DNA from: Octopus sinensis
Lineage: Eukaryota
Direction of reading: 5' to 3'
DNA: 64,000 nucleotides
NCBI RefSeq assembly: GCF_006345805.1
Contig: NC_043007.1
Location: forward strand, 61,628,001 to 61,692,000
Part shown: piece by piece, positions 1-17,429 of the stretch
Position numbering within the stretch: the first letter of the stretch is position 1
Layout of the letters: every line of letters begins with the position of its first letter
Translations under genes and position numbers: made by a program
The notes under the pieces: generated by a model
What the model saw: the letters and a program-made list of their open reading frames with translations, nothing else
Database searches by the model: none
Told to the model about the DNA's origin: nothing

Positions 1-302
1 TCCTTTTCGGTATGAATTAATTAATGTCCTGAAATTATTCATTATTTTATGTTGGCTATAGTATTGGGCCTTTTCGTAATGTGTGTCATTCACTAATAGA
101 GATAGTACTAGATTTTTATAGTCCCTCGTGCTCATTAGGACTACTGTCTTTCCTTTATCTGCCTCTTTGTTATGGTTTTATCATCTTTTAGTTGGATGCT
201 AATGTAGCAATATTGTTTTCTTCATTGATATCTTCACTGTTTGAGAAAAATATTAAGAATGATCTCGTTTGAGATTACAAACATCTTTGGCTAGTTTAAC
301 CT

Positions 303-1219
303 TGTTGTGTCCTCTGATCTGATTGGTTAGCATCTAAGCGCGGTCTGTCTCTACCTATTTCGCGCCAGTGTGTAAACTGACCAATCACGGCTTTCGGATA
401 GGACTTTTCATTTGAGCCATCTTAACTCTTTAAATAGGCTGATCATATCACGATTCAACGTCTTTCGGCTTAAGACCTTTAAGGTCTTGGTCGGAGACAA
501 CACAGAGCTTACTTAACTATGTTCCAGTTCGAAAGGCAGACGACAGCCAAGCCAACCATAATATGAAGACGCTATTGTAAACCAGCGACAGACATAACAT
601 CATCACCAACATCGTCTCCATCTACGAAGATTTCAACTTGTACACAAGATAAATACAGATTCAACTCATGCTGTTAGTGTGAAAATCTCACCACGGAAAA
701 ACAGTTGCAGTATATATATCTGAAAGAATATCTATATCAAGAGAAAAATATGCACAACAAGTGACTCAACTAATCTCAGCTCTGAGAATCTTGTATAGAA
801 TTCATTATCGTGTACTACATGAACTGGTAAAATAACTCTAAAATAACTCCATTTTAACTCAAATTGTTGAGACTTCTCTCATGTTCTGTTGTATTTGCAT
901 ACACTTTATTTCTGTACTTCTGTCGCACACACGAACACACAGACACAAATATTATAAGCATGCATTCATGACACAACACTACGCTAATAATAACAAATCA
1001 CTTTGTACACTGAATAAAATCTATCTTCTCTTTATAAAAGTAGAACGGTTTTTGGAGTCTTTATTTCATATACCTTGGCACTGTTTATAAACATGTATTA
1101 TGGCTTATATAACATTATATTATATTATGTTATATTATGTTATGTTGAGATGCGGCCGTGCGCTGAACAAGAGGAGAAATATGTCACCGAAACACCTCGC
1201 GTACGGTCGTATTCTAACA
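303..1219 (+). mobile_element. LTR of an LTR retrotransposon (probably Ty3/Gypsy), 5' LTR configuration
   Basis: Starts TGTT (303) and ends AACA (1219). Contains CCAAT (~381), a TATA-like TTTAAATA (~429) and AATAAA (~1013). Followed after 2 nt by a tRNA primer-binding site. A second copy lies at 8431-9283. Confidence 0.75.
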
Positions 1220-1221
1220 AG

Positions 1222-1235
1222 TGGTGACCCCGACG
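1222..1235 (+). promoter_or_regulatory. Primer-binding site complementary to the tRNA-Trp 3' end
   Basis: TGGTGACCCCGACG is the reverse complement of ...CGUCGGGGUCACCA and sits directly after the LTR terminal CA. Confidence 0.8.
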
Positions 1236-1832
1236 ATTCCAACACTAAAAACAAATGACTAAATATGATTTTTACTTTAGTTTATATTTAAGGCAAAAAA
1301 TTCTGCTAACTAAATTATGTAAGAATAAACTAAGTAAGACAAAGCAAGAGAGTATAATGTCAGCCATTTCTGGCTAGCTCATTGCTTGTAAGACAATCGC
1401 CACCACTAAATGAATGGGAAATGAAACATGTGTGACTTTGGTGTTTGAGTGCGTTTCAAAAATAGCAAATTAACGTTCATTGACTAAAGAACTAATCCTC
1501 GGTCGGGAGAAACACAGATTAATGCTGTGAATAATAATAATAAGCTGTATTGTGATAGTTGGAGAATTCCTAGTAATCCCACGGTAGTTTCGACTCATTG
1601 TTAGTATTCTTTCCTTTTAGGCAACAAATCTAAAGGATATCCCTTTAATCTACTTTCAGAACAAATATGCTTGGTGGAATTCCACGAAAATGGAATTTAA
1701 TCCCATCAATTCCATCAGCAACAGTTTCACTGGAATGACCACTATTCCACCCGTCCGCCGATTTAAAACTTGACGTTGGTTAACAATATCCCAAACTTGG
1801 CCTTATTCAATTGCGATAGTAAACTGTCATAA

Positions 1833-2035
1833 GACGGTGAGCAGGCAGAATCATTTGAACACAGAGCAAAATGCTTAGCGTATTTCGTCCGTCTTCACGT
1901 TCAAATTCAAGTTCCGTCGCCTTTGCCTTTCATCCTTCCGGGGCTTGATTAAATAAATACCTGTTGAACACTTGGGGTCGATGTAATTGACTTACCACTC
2001 ATCGAAATTGCTAGCTTTGTGCCAAAAATTGAAAT
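1833..2035 (+). mobile_element. tRNA-derived SINE, family A (GGCGGCGAGCTGGCAGAATCGTTAGC... head)
   Basis: Matches many copies in the window (B-box-like GTTCAAATTC; TTTGCCTTTCATCC core). Confidence 0.8.
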
Positions 2036-2249
2036 GAATATATCTATGTCATAGAATAATGGGACAACAACTAGTTGATTTAACTGTAGTAGATAATGAG
2101 TTCACATCAAAGTATGCTGAACAAGAACTGCTTTTAGTACATTTGTTAACGAGAATTTGTAATATGTCTTGACACTTAGAACATCTTTTATATATATTTC
2201 ATATAATTTATGAGTGCTGATTCTTTTTCTGTGTGTGTGTGTGTGTCTG

Positions 2250-2700
<451 letters not shown>

Positions 2701-2940
2701 CTGTGTGTGTTGAACAATTTAAGTTATTGAAATGGTTGTATATCTGGATTTCCCAAAATGCATTGAAGTCCATAGCAGTAATTTCACTGCTGCTACTACC
2801 ACCACCACCACCACCACAAGCTGCTTCTTAAACAAGATTCCCATCATCAAAATCAGCAAAACCTCTTTGGTGTTAACAGTAAATGCCAGAACATTGAAAA
2901 TATAAAAAAAACATATTGACACTGATTTTCAGTTACTTAC

Positions 2941-3190
2941 CTCTACAGTCATTGTTAGGGTCAGTAATTGCCACACACGACGAAGTTTTCAAGCTAAACC
3001 TCTTCCCGAGCATGCAGCGAGGCATTTCTACCATTGGTTTTGAGCTACAGCGGAACCAACGTCTGCAATCGATCGGGTGACGAACATACTTGGTGGAGTT
3101 AGGGGTACAGAGGATATCTTGGTTTTTGGCAATGATGTTGGTGAAACTAGACAGCAAGATAGCCAGTAATGCAACAGCAGCGATAGCCAT
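2941..3190 (-). CDS. First coding exon of a secreted chitin-binding type-2 (peritrophin-A/CBM14) domain protein; downstream exons not found in the window
   Basis: Hydrophobic signal peptide MAIAAVALLAILLSSFTNIIA, then a 6-Cys pattern (C...HPIDCRRWFRC...C...FSLKTSSC...C). Ends at a phase-1 donor AG|GTAAGT (2941/2940). Candidate acceptor AAACAG| lies 11 nt upstream of the ATG (exon from 3201). Confidence 0.85.
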
Positions 3191-3206
3191 AAGGGGTTTT
3201 CCTGTT

Positions 3207-3207
<1 letters not shown>

Positions 3208-3265
<58 letters not shown>

Positions 3266-3330
3266 CAACAATAATAATGATTTTAATAATAATAACAATA
3301 ACAACAACAACAATAATAATAATAATAATG
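3208..3330. repeat. (TAA)n/(CAA)n microsatellite
   Basis: Read directly. Confidence 0.95.
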
Positions 3331-3349
3331 TTTTCTTTATTAATTACTA

Positions 3350-4085
3350 AGGTTCATGAAATCCATTGGGGATGGTACAGGACAGTACAGTAGGGCGTTA
3401 CCTAAAAGGCGTATAGGAAGTAAAAACTAATAAAATAAAATTATAACAATTCCCCTGAAAGAGGGAAACCTCTTAGGGCCGCTTGTGGAGACCTCACAAA
3501 ACCACGGTTGCTTTGACCACTAGGGCAAGTACTCTCTCCACATCGTCCTCTTTCAACCTATAGGTTCACGCTTAGAGTAGGCTCGTTCACTCGGGCCATT
3601 CTTGCAACATTCCCCTACCTTCTAACAAAACTGCTGTGACGCAACACTTCCCTCTCTACCCGCACTTTCTTTTTTCAAGTAAAACTTGAAAAAAAGTTGA
3701 TGAGAGCTTGGTCAAAGAAGAAAGTATCTATATTTAGCTCTTTCAATGTGGTCCACCATACAACCTCTTCCGCTAAGGACACTGGGCAAAGAAACACTGA
3801 TTGCCCTTCCTGGCGACGAGACGATCTTCACAATGGACTCAGCCGATAACCAGATCCGTCCGAATGTGACAGCGGGTGATCGACATAAACCCACCAGATG
3901 TCAGCAATGCTCGGGCACTGGACGAGAGTGTGCAGAACACTCGTTTCGTTGCTCTGTGCATATTTCGGACAAGATCAGCTGACGGCACTTTCATGCCTAT
4001 AGAATTTATTTCGAACCGGCAATGCCCACTATAGCACCGCCAGGCCAAGGAATTCTTGAGTTTATCTATAGGCCCCGGCGCGAAA
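3350..4085 (-). mobile_element. Decayed L1/Tx1-clade LINE, 3' end of ORF2 plus 3' UTR
   Basis: Frameshifted peptide SLAWRCYS.ALPVR...CP...ET.VLHTLVQCP..W resembles the C-terminal Cys-rich zf-RVT region. Confidence 0.6.
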
Positions 4086-4091
4086 GTCCAT

Positions 4092-4455
4092 GTGCTTCCC
4101 AACCACATGGTTCCGGGTTCAGTCCCACTGTGTGGCACCTTGGGCAAGTGTCTTCTATTACAGCCTCGGGCCGACCAAAAGCTTGTGAGCGGATTTGGTA
4201 GACGGAAACTGAAAGAAACCCGTCATATATGTTTGTGTGTATGTATTTGTGTGTCTGTGTTTCTTCCCCCAGCAGCCTTGACAACCGATGTTGGTGTGTT
4301 TACGTCCCCGTAACTTAGCGGTTTGGCAAAGAGACTGATAGAACAAGTACTAGGCTTACAAAGAATAAGTCTTGGGGTCGATTTGTTCGACTAAAGGCGG
4401 TGCTCTAGCATGGCTGAAGTCACATGACTGAAACATGTAAAAGAATAAAAGAATA
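4092..4455 (+). mobile_element. SINE family B, 5'-truncated
   Basis: AACCACATGGTTCCGGGTTCAGTCCCACTG...GGAAACTGAAAG core and AAAAGAAT tail. Confidence 0.85.
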
Positions 4456-4934
4456 CAGAACAGCCGTTGTTATCGTTTTATTAACATTTGTGGTAGTGGT
4501 AGTGGTGGTGGCGGTGCTAGTGGTGTTGGTGTTGGTGTTAGAGATGATGGTGGAAGTCGTGCTTGTGTCATTTTAAAAATAAATATCTTGCTCGTCACTG
4601 CTGCTGCTGCTGCTGTTACTGTTGTTGTAGTTGCTGCTGTTGCTGTTTTTGCATCGTTTCTAGGCCGCAGTGACTAGCGGTGGGAGAAAAGTATCAAAGC
4701 GGCTATGCCAACAGCTATTGTTTCCCTCGATTTGAGAAGCCATATTGATAATTTAGGTTTTAAATCTCAAAATTCTCCCTCAAAGGGCGAATTCTCACCG
4801 GAACAGCTCGCTAGATTACTTAGCAAAAGGTTCAAGAAAATTTGGAATACCAACTAATAAAACAACACATTTTAACGAAAACTTACGGGCCACGGACACG
4901 CGTCCTCTTACTCCAGACACAAATAATAATAACA

Positions 4935-5117
4935 ATCCTTTCTACTGAGGCAAAAGGTCTGAAATTTGTAGGGAGGGGACTAGTCGATTACATAGACCCT
5001 GAAAAGATGAAAGGCAAAGTCGACCTCGGCGGAACTTGAACTCAGAACGTAGCAACGGGCGAAATAACGCCAAGCATTTCGTCCAGCGTGCTAACGACTC
5101 TGCCAGTTCGCCGCCTT
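4935..5117 (-). mobile_element. SINE family A
   Basis: Reverse complement of the family A head and core. Confidence 0.85.
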
Positions 5118-5140
5118 AAATCAGCAATAACAACCAATAA

Positions 5141-5232
<92 letters not shown>

Positions 5233-5251
5233 TAATAATAATAATAATAAT

Positions 5252-8200
5252 GAATTGGAGGTAGGAGAAATCACAAGAGGACTAAAAAGAAACAGAGACC
5301 AAGAAGTAGAACGGACAACCAACGTAAGTGATACAGTTCAAGTCACAGAAGAATCTACAGGAAAAAATAATAGCACCACCAATCAGTATGGGAAAATTGA
5401 CACCAGCGACTTAAGTGAGGAAGATCAGAAGATTTTAGATGAGTTGAAAGAAGAAGTGAGTAAAAAAGAAAGAAAAATATTACCAATATTAATAGGTGTT
5501 AATAGAAGGAAGTTGCTAGATATTACTAGGACGATAGATTCTCTTATCAGCAGGATAGATACTGAAAATACAGGTGACACTAACTTGAAGTATACAGAAG
5601 GGATATAGTTACTAGGTATTCCTCAAGGTATGAAGAGGAAGAAGCAAAAGCAGAAAAGGAGATGAGGAAATAAAGTGAAGACTTTAAAACAAGATCTGAG
5701 AAGAATAGAAACTTGGAAACAGAACAAGTTAGGAAACAGAAGATTTAAATCTTGTTTTGAGAAAAAAAATCCCACTTAATCAAAGAGAAAGTATTTGGAT
5801 AGTCATGGAAGAGCGAAGTAGTGTATCATACTAATAGCAGACAAAATTTCAAGATATTGGAATTGAATAGATCAGTATCAACAGAACAGATTGTTTGAAA
5901 CATATCAGAGGAGATTTTACTGCTAAATAGTGTAGAAAAAACTACTGTAGATGAGAAGCCTAATGCAGAAGCTAGAAAATTCTGGAGTCATATTTAAGAT
6001 AAGTCAGTTAATCATACTGGAGATGCAGCATTGGCTAAACAAAGTGAGGGAAGAAGTAGTTTGTGAGAAGCAGCTAGATCTAAAACTGACTAGTGCATTA
6101 ATGAGTAAAGTGTTAAGAAAACTGCTGAATTGGAAGGGCCCAGTTCCAGATTTAGTTCAAGGGTACTGATCAAAGAAATTTAGTAGCTTACATGGCAGAC
6201 TGAAGGAACAACTTCAGGATTGCCTGACTGAAAGATGACTAGAATTGGATGACTAGGAGAATAGTACATAAAAGACAAAAGCAAGGGCAATATATCTAGT
6301 AATTATTGATCTATCACTTGCTTACAATTAATGTGGAAGCTGTTAACAGGAATGCTCTAAGAAAACATTTACAAGCACCATGACAGCCAGAATTTACCGT
6401 CAGAAGAACAAAAAGATTGCAGAAAGAGGGCTAGAGGAACGCATGATCTATTGTACATAGGCAAACCTGTTCTAAATGAAATGAAATCTCGAAAGAAAAA
6501 TTTGATAATAGCATGGAAAGATTTATAAGAAAGCCCATGACATGATTCAATACTCGTGTATAAGTAAATGTTTCAGAATATTCAGTATTGCAGACAACAT
6601 AAGAGAGTGAATTTGCTATAGCATAAAGAAATGGAATGTAGATCTCTACTCAAGTGATACAGCCTTAGGGTAAGTTAATATCAAGAGACGAATTTTCCAT
6701 GGAAACTCGTTATCTCTTAATATTTTTTATGTTTTATTCTCCGCAATTTAGTATTAAGAAAGGCAAAGGTAGGGTATCAGTTTAGAGATAGTAATGATCT
6801 AAAGCTTTTTAGTAAGAATAAAAACGAGACAAATTCCTTGATACAGACTGTAAAACTCTACAGCAAAGATATAGGCATGGAATTTGGCATAGATAAGTGC
6901 GCAATATTTGTCATAAAAAAGGGACTAGTAGTCAACAGCGAAGGCATGCAATTATCAGATAGTCAGACATTAAAATCACTGAAAGATGGAGAAAGTTATA
7001 AGTATCTAGGAATATTAGAATCTGACCTAGTACTAGCTATAGAAATGAAAGAGAAAAGTGAGAAGGAATACAGCAGGAGAATGAGGAAGTTAATGAAGTC
7101 GAAGCTAAATGGTCCGAATCTAGTGGAGGCTGTAAATAATTGGGCAGTATCATACTTAGATATTCAGCAGCTTTTATTGATTGGACAAGATCTGAATTAG
7201 TAAAATTAGACAGAGGAACTAGGAAAGAATTCAATATGAATGGAGGACTTGATCCAAGAGTAAGAGTTGCAAAATTATATTTACCTAGAAAGGAAGGCGG
7301 TAAAACTGTGTGGAGTTGTCTAGAATAGACACAGCCTCCTATGTAGGTAATAGTGAGGGAATTTTATTAAAAGCTGCTAGACTAACAGTAGGAGATAGGG
7401 AGGCTAAAATCCAAATGTAGTTACAAATCAGAAAAATGAAGCAAGATTATCTGACTGGCAAGAGAAGACCTTACATGAAAGATTTCCAAAGATAGTTGCA
7501 GAAAACAGCACATGGCTGTTGTTGCAGAAAGGAAGGCTGAAAAGGGAGACAAAAATTTGGTTGGTAGCTGCACAATATCAAGTATTACGAACTGATTCGA
7601 TAAAAGCCAAGATAAACAAAAACCAGGTGGATTCCCAATGTAGGTTATGTAAATCAAAAGACGAAAGTGTTACTCATATAGTTAGTGAATGTAGCATGGT
7701 TGCACAGAAAACATACAAGAAAAGACCTGAAAAGATATGATAACTTAGGGAGAATAATCTACTGGGTGTTATGTAGAAAGCTAGGGTTTGACCATACTGA
7801 TAAGTGGTAGGAACATAAACCTAATAAAGTGCTAGAAAGTGAGAAATATAAAATATTGTGGGATTTTAACATTTAGACTGACAGAGTAATACAAGCTAGA
7901 AGGCCTGATTTAGTAGTAGTAGACAAGAAGAATAGAAAGTGCCCGGTAATTGACTTTACGATCCCAAATAATGAAAAAAATATGAGAGGTATAGAAAAAA
8001 TAGTACTAAGACCTAGCCATTAAGTTTCAGAGGCTATGTAAAGTGCAGGTAAAATGTATCCCTGTAGTTATTGGTTCATTAGGAACTATCCCTAAAGATT
8101 TGAACAGATGGACAGAGGAAATCGGTATAAAGCCTAGTTTAGTGCAGTTCCAGAAAACTATTATCAGGGATAGCTAGGATACTTAGGAAGGTTCTTGGCA

Positions 8201-8262
8201 GCTAAGGTTACTTGTTGTATTAGAGTTTTTTTTCCAGCAGTGTAATATGTTGTGCGTATATG
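5252..8262 (+). mobile_element. Decayed Dong/R4-type RLE LINE (RT + CCHC + restriction-like endonuclease), flanked by (TAA)n on both sides
   Basis: Broken frames read NWKGPVPDLVQGY, IGMEFGIDKCA, YKYLGILE, CRLC...ESVTHIVSEC, LWDF...RPDL. (TAC/TAA)n at 5140-5251 and (AAT)n tail at 8263-8373. Confidence 0.85.
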
Positions 8263-8263
8263 C

Positions 8264-8374
<111 letters not shown>

Positions 8375-8430
8375 TAGCCTCTGTAACTTAATGGCTAGGT
8401 CTTGGTACTTTGCTATTTTCTCTATAAGTA

Positions 8431-9283
8431 CTACTTATTTCGCGCCAGTGTGTAAACTGACCAATCACGGCTTTCGGATAGGACCTTTCATTTGAGCCAT
8501 CCTAACTCCATAAATAGACTGATTATTTGATGATTCACCGTCTTTCGGCTTAAGACCTTTAAGGTCTTGGTCGGAGACCACACAGAGCTTACTTAACTAT
8601 GTTCCAGTTCGAAAGGCAGACGACAGCCAAGCCAACCATACTATGAAGACGCTATTGTAAACCAGTAACAGACAGAACGTCATCACCAACATCGTCTCTA
8701 TCCTCGAAGATTTCAACTTGTACACAACAAGATAAATACAGATTCAACTCATGCTGTTAGTGTGAAAATCTCACCACGGAAAAACAGTTGCAGTATATAT
8801 ATCTGAAAGAATATCTATATCAAGAGAAAAATATGCACAACATGTGACTCAACTAATCTCAGCTCTGAGAATCTTGTATAGAACTCATTATCGTGTACTA
8901 CATGAACTGGTAAAATAACTCTAAAATAACTCCATCTTAACTCAAATTGTTGAGACTTCTCTTATGCTCTGTTGTATTCGCATACACCTTATTATGTACT
9001 TCTGTCGCACACATGAACACACAGACACAAATATTATAAGCATGCATTGATGACACAACACTACGCTCATAATCACAAATCACTTTGTACACTGTGAATA
9101 AAATCTATCTTCTCTTTATAAAAGTAGAACGGTTTTTGGCGTCCTTTATTCATCTACTCTGGAACTGCATACAAACATGTATTATGGCTTATATATAACA
9201 TTGTTATGTTATGTTGGGATGCGGCCGTGCGCTGTACAAGAGGAGAAATATGTCACCAAACTTCTCACGTACGGTCGTATTCT
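8431..9283 (+). mobile_element. Second, end-truncated copy of the 303-1219 LTR
   Basis: Colinear with 351-1215 with scattered substitutions and indels. Lacks the first ~50 nt, the terminal AACA and the PBS. Confidence 0.85.
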
Positions 9284-9284
9284 C

Positions 9285-9770
9285 ACTCCAGCATGAACCT
9301 GAAACTGTGACCGGAAAAGATGATAACAGTACTCTGGGACATGCCAATCAACACCGATAAAGAAATCAAGGCAAACACGCCGGACATAATCATCAAAGAT
9401 GGGAAGAATAAGAAATACATAATGATAGATGTGACAGTACCACCAGAGAGAAATGTGTCCATTAAAGAAGTTGAGAAGTTATTGAAGTACATAGACCTAG
9501 AAATAGAAGTGACCAAGACGTGGGGAATGAAAAGCAGCACAGAACCAGAGGTGATTGAAGCGTTAGGGCTAATTAAAAAGGGCCTTGATAAGCAGCTCAA
9601 TAAACTCCCTTGCAGTGTTAACGTGGGAGAACTTCAGAAAATAGTGTTGCTGGGTTCCGAACACATTTTACGTCGAGTACTTTCCATGAGATGAGGACCT
9701 GCTGTGACCCTAGGTTCAAGGGATGACCCCGGTTCAGCAGAAGACAACGGACCATATTTTTCTATAAAAA
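9285..9770 (+). mobile_element. Dong/R4-type LINE 3' fragment (RLE endonuclease)
   Basis: ORF 9320-9694: LWDMPINTDKEIKANTPDIII...IDVTVP...KYIDLEIEV...LQKIVLLG..HILRRVL. Confidence 0.85.
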
Positions 9771-9779
9771 AAATTTTGA

Positions 9780-11335
9780 AAACAAGAGAAATATCACTAA
9801 GAGATGGGCGAGGGAAGATGGATAGTGAAATACTGTATTAGAAGGAACAAAATAGCCTAATACTACTGAGGGTGAATGGCTCTACAGCCGGAAGCAAACA
9901 ACTTCTTATCTCCAGCAAGAAGCTATTCTCTTTACCGAGAACAGTATTAGAAATATGAGAAAAATGAAGAGCAATTGGAAAGCAGCAGGATTTGATGGTG
10001 TGCAGGGTTTTGGGATGAAAATGTTCAATAGGTGCAATAAATAAATGCATTGATTGACGGAGCAGAATAAATTCCAGGGTGGTTGATCAAAGGACGAACA
10101 GTGTTGTGCGGGGAGAATGCATCGAAAAGAAATGATGCCAAAATTACAGGCCAATTTCTTGCCTCCCATTAATGTGTAAGTTACTGTCAGCATGGATTGC
10201 AGAAGAAACGTACAAATTTCTTGATGATAATGGCATTTTACCAATGGAAAAAAGAGGTTGTAGGATGAGATGCAAAGGTACTAAAGATCAATTATTGATA
10301 GACAAAATGGTAATGCAAGATTGTAAGCGTAGGAGCATAAATTTGGGAATGGTCTGGATTGATTACCGCAAAGCATACGATATGATTCCACATTCGTGGA
10401 TCATTGCGTGCTTGGATGTGTTTGGATTTGTAAGGAATGTAGTATGTTTTCTTCATGGATGATTTGAAGTTATATGGCAAGAATAATTTGAGGTTGTATG
10501 GCAGGGATGAAGTACGAGGGAGTTCCTTGATGAACACGGTTCACTGTTTTAGTACTGTTTAGATGGAATTCAGAGTCAAGATGCGTGGTGTAATGAACCT
10601 GAAAAGAGGCAAGGTACAGTCCCTTGTAGGGATATAATTACCAAATAGAGAAGTGATGAAACAAATTGAAAAGGAAGGCTATAAGTATCTTGGCATACTA
10701 GAGTTCAATGAAATCATGGAGAAGGAAATGAAAGAACAACTGAAGAAAGAGTATTTCTGAAGACTAATATATGTGTTGCGCTCAAAATTGAATAAAATCC
10801 AAGCAGTAAATACATGGGCTATAGCATCACTTCGGTATGTAGCTGGAATCATAACTTGGTAAAAGAAAGAACCGATGAGTATGGATATGAAGGCACAGAA
10901 ACTATTGGCAGTGCACGGAGTATTTCATCCAAAGAGTGACATAGTGTCCTGCTGAATAAAAAAGAAAGAACATGCATGATAATCGACATAGCATGTCCCA
11001 ATGACAACAGGATCAATGAAAAAGAAGAAAAAATAGGCAACTATGATAATTTGAAGTGGGAAGGTTGTGGTCTATGAGGAGAGTAGATGTGATATCAATA
11101 GTAATTGGTGCACTTAGAAGTATCAGCACTCAACTACCAACATGGTTGAAAAAGATCAATGCAAGTGTGAAGGTAATACCTACAGAAACCAGCATTTCTT
11201 GGAACTGCAAGAATTCTCCGCAGGTTTATTGAAGCATGACTAGGAAAGAAGTGTCATCTTAGTCTGCAGGCTGTGGACAGTTGACACTTTCCACCATAGC
11301 CAGAAAAATAAGCTGTGAGTTTTCATCACATAACG
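9780..11335 (+). mobile_element. Dong/R4-type LINE, decayed and internally deleted
   Basis: [10 protein letters not shown]...[42 protein letters not shown]. Ends in a (GAT)n tail. Confidence 0.8.
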
Positions 11336-11357
11336 ATGATGATGATGATGATGATAA

Positions 11358-14882
<3,525 letters not shown>

Positions 14883-14903
14883 AGTAGTAATAATAATAAT
14901 AAT

Positions 14904-15497
14904 GCAAAAGTATACAAAAAGACAAAAATGGAGGTATGATAACATAGTTAAGTGCATTCATTGGAGATTGTGTGAAAAATATGATCTTGAAAGGACGTTG
15001 AAATGGTATGAACATAAACCAGAAGACGTCTCTGAGAATAATTAGTATAAGACCTTGTGAGATCTTACAATCCAGTATGATTCAGTGGTTGAAACTCGGA
15101 GACCAGACATTGCTGTAGTTGATAAAATGATGAAGGAAACCAAGATCATAGATATTGTCATACCTAGAGCCGATGACAAAGAACTAGAAAAGATTGAAAA
15201 GTACAAGCCACTAAAAGATGAGGCTGCACGAATGTGGGCAGTGAAGAAAGTAACTGTCATCTGAGTAGTTACAGGGGCACTGGAGCATTAACTAGCAGAG
15301 TTGAGAAATTTGTTGGAGAAATTGTGATTGACATGAAAGTATAACATGCTCAGAAAACTGCTTTATTGGGAACAGCCAGAATTTTGAAACTGGTACGCGG
15401 AAAGAGATTCTGCGAGGCACTTGACAACAGGTTGTTGTCTGCTCTTACAGAATTAGCCGGAGCAAGTGGAATCAAGAGCTCTGAGAAGCGAAATGGA
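14904..15497 (+). mobile_element. Dong/R4-type LINE 3' fragment
   Basis: WYEHKPE...RRPDIAVVDK...IDIVIP...KIEKYKPLK...LLGTARILK, followed by (AAT)4. Confidence 0.8.
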
Positions 15498-15509
15498 AAT
15501 AATAATAAT

Positions 15510-15910
15510 GGCTTCACATTTTGTCACAAAACCAGTTTTTTTTTCAAGGAGTTAATCGATTACATCGATGTTAAAAGTCGGAATTCCTTCTAATTTTGAG
15601 GAGAGGGGTTAGTCGATAACATCAACCCCTGTACTTGAATGCTACTTCAATTTTATTGACCCAAAAATTATGAAAGGTAAAGTTGACTTTAGTTGTATTT
15701 GAACTCAGAGAGCAAAAAGCCAAAATAAATGATGCTAAGCATTTTTTTTTTGGCATGCTAATGAGTCTGCCAGTTATAATTGTGGCTTCTCATTTAGGCG
15801 CAAAGCCAGGAATTCTGAGGAGTTGAAGTTCGTCAGTGCCATTAACCCGACAGAGCGTAAAATGCTACAAAATATGCTGCAAGACATTTTGGTCGAAGCT
15901 TTAACAATCT
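15510..15910 (-). mobile_element. Degenerate SINE family A copies
   Basis: TGAAAGGTAAAGTTGAC...TTGAACTCAGA core. Confidence 0.6.
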
Positions 15911-16254
15911 CCTACTGTCCATTGAAAACACTTCAAAATTGTTTGTAAAAAATTACGTATCCATTTGTAATAGACATGTATTTTGGATGTTTTCAATACA
16001 CATACATATACACTTGTGAAATTAGGCAAATTTATTGTAGAAAATTACAATGTAGAATAACAAGTGAATTATTGACTGTAATCAAACTATATAATATTAG
16101 AAGAGTGATGAATACCATTTACTTATTTTCCTGTTTTCTTTTTATCATTTTTATTTAAACGCTCAAGCTCTCATTAGAAACATTCTTCATGTACATATTT
16201 CAATAAAGCATCCGTCATTATTGACGTCTCGTGTACTCTAGTATATAAATAAAC

Positions 16255-16325
<71 letters not shown>

Positions 16326-16429
16326 CATACATATATGTGTACATAGATATGTATAGATGCACGCGAATCTATGTGAGCATGCGTGTGTGTGTGTGTGTGT
16401 GATCTTTGACACTGCTTTATTTAGAGCCT

Positions 16430-17200
16430 AAATTTCAGCACACTTCCACATCCACCCCCTTCAGAATTCACCAGAGCCAGTAGAGTACCCTTGGGTAGTT
16501 CTTGTAAAACTTGTAAGGTATCCCACTCGGATCTTGGGCTGAACCTGCTTTTACTTTCTTGAACACTCACTGTACTCTTTCCATTTGAGCTCCTTTCCAA
16601 CAAATTCCAAAGCTGGTGCAGGCAAATTGATCAAGACTTGCGGTAGCCCGGGTCTTGGTCCCTAGATTAATCACTGAAGATACCTACATTTAAGTGACTG
16701 TCGATCTCACTTCTTCAGCAGAGGAGTTGGCGGCTACATTCTTGTTCCTGTAGCTGTTTCGTAAATACCCATGGGCTTACTAGGAAAGCACATTGCTTTC
16801 TGGCTCTTCCCTTTCATCGTTAGCTGTATTACTCATCTTTCCTCAAAGTCATCGGCTTCTAGTTGAGGATATCTTACAGCTTCGTGAGAGGCTGTGTCTC
16901 CTTCTTCCTGCCTTTATCTGCCGTCTAAAGTCCTTCAGTTCCTTCCTTGCCTGGTAGATCTCACTGGTGGTTCTGGTTCTCATGGGGTGAAGAAGTTTTA
17001 CTGCGTTATTCTCTTCCAGCTCGAAACTTTCAGGTGCGAAAGAAATAATGATGGTGACCATTGTGTTGGCGACGATCAGTATTAATCTTGGCCGTTTCTT
17101 GCAAACTGGAATGAAATTAGAGCCACTGCTCCTTCGTGTGAGCTTGGGGGTATTTTTACCGACGATGCTCTATTACTTTGTGTAGATCTGGGACTTGTGA
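16430..17200 (-). mobile_element. HERO-like (R2 group) LINE fragment upstream of RT, decayed
   Basis: MVTIIISFAPESF...EIYQARKELKDFRRQ...MTLRK...RARKQCAFL and ..P.PNGIPYKFYKNYPRVLYWLW resemble the HERO ORF. Confidence 0.6.
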
Positions 17201-17387
17201 TTTCTGGAGGTACAAAAGCTTTCATTTGACTCTGTGTTTGGCTCTGTCTGTCTCTCCTTCCCTACTCTCTCTCTCTCTGTCTTTGTCTCCTTGTCTCTCT
17301 CTCCCTCCCTCCCTCCTCCCTATATATATATTATATATATATATATACACACACACACATACATACATACATACATACATACATACA

Positions 17388-17420
<33 letters not shown>

Positions 17421-17429
17421 TGCCATGCT

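Noticed and set aside
1621-1700. Possible plus-strand terminal exon after TTCCTTTTAG
   Set aside because: Only ~26 codons, no recognisable motif and no partner exon.
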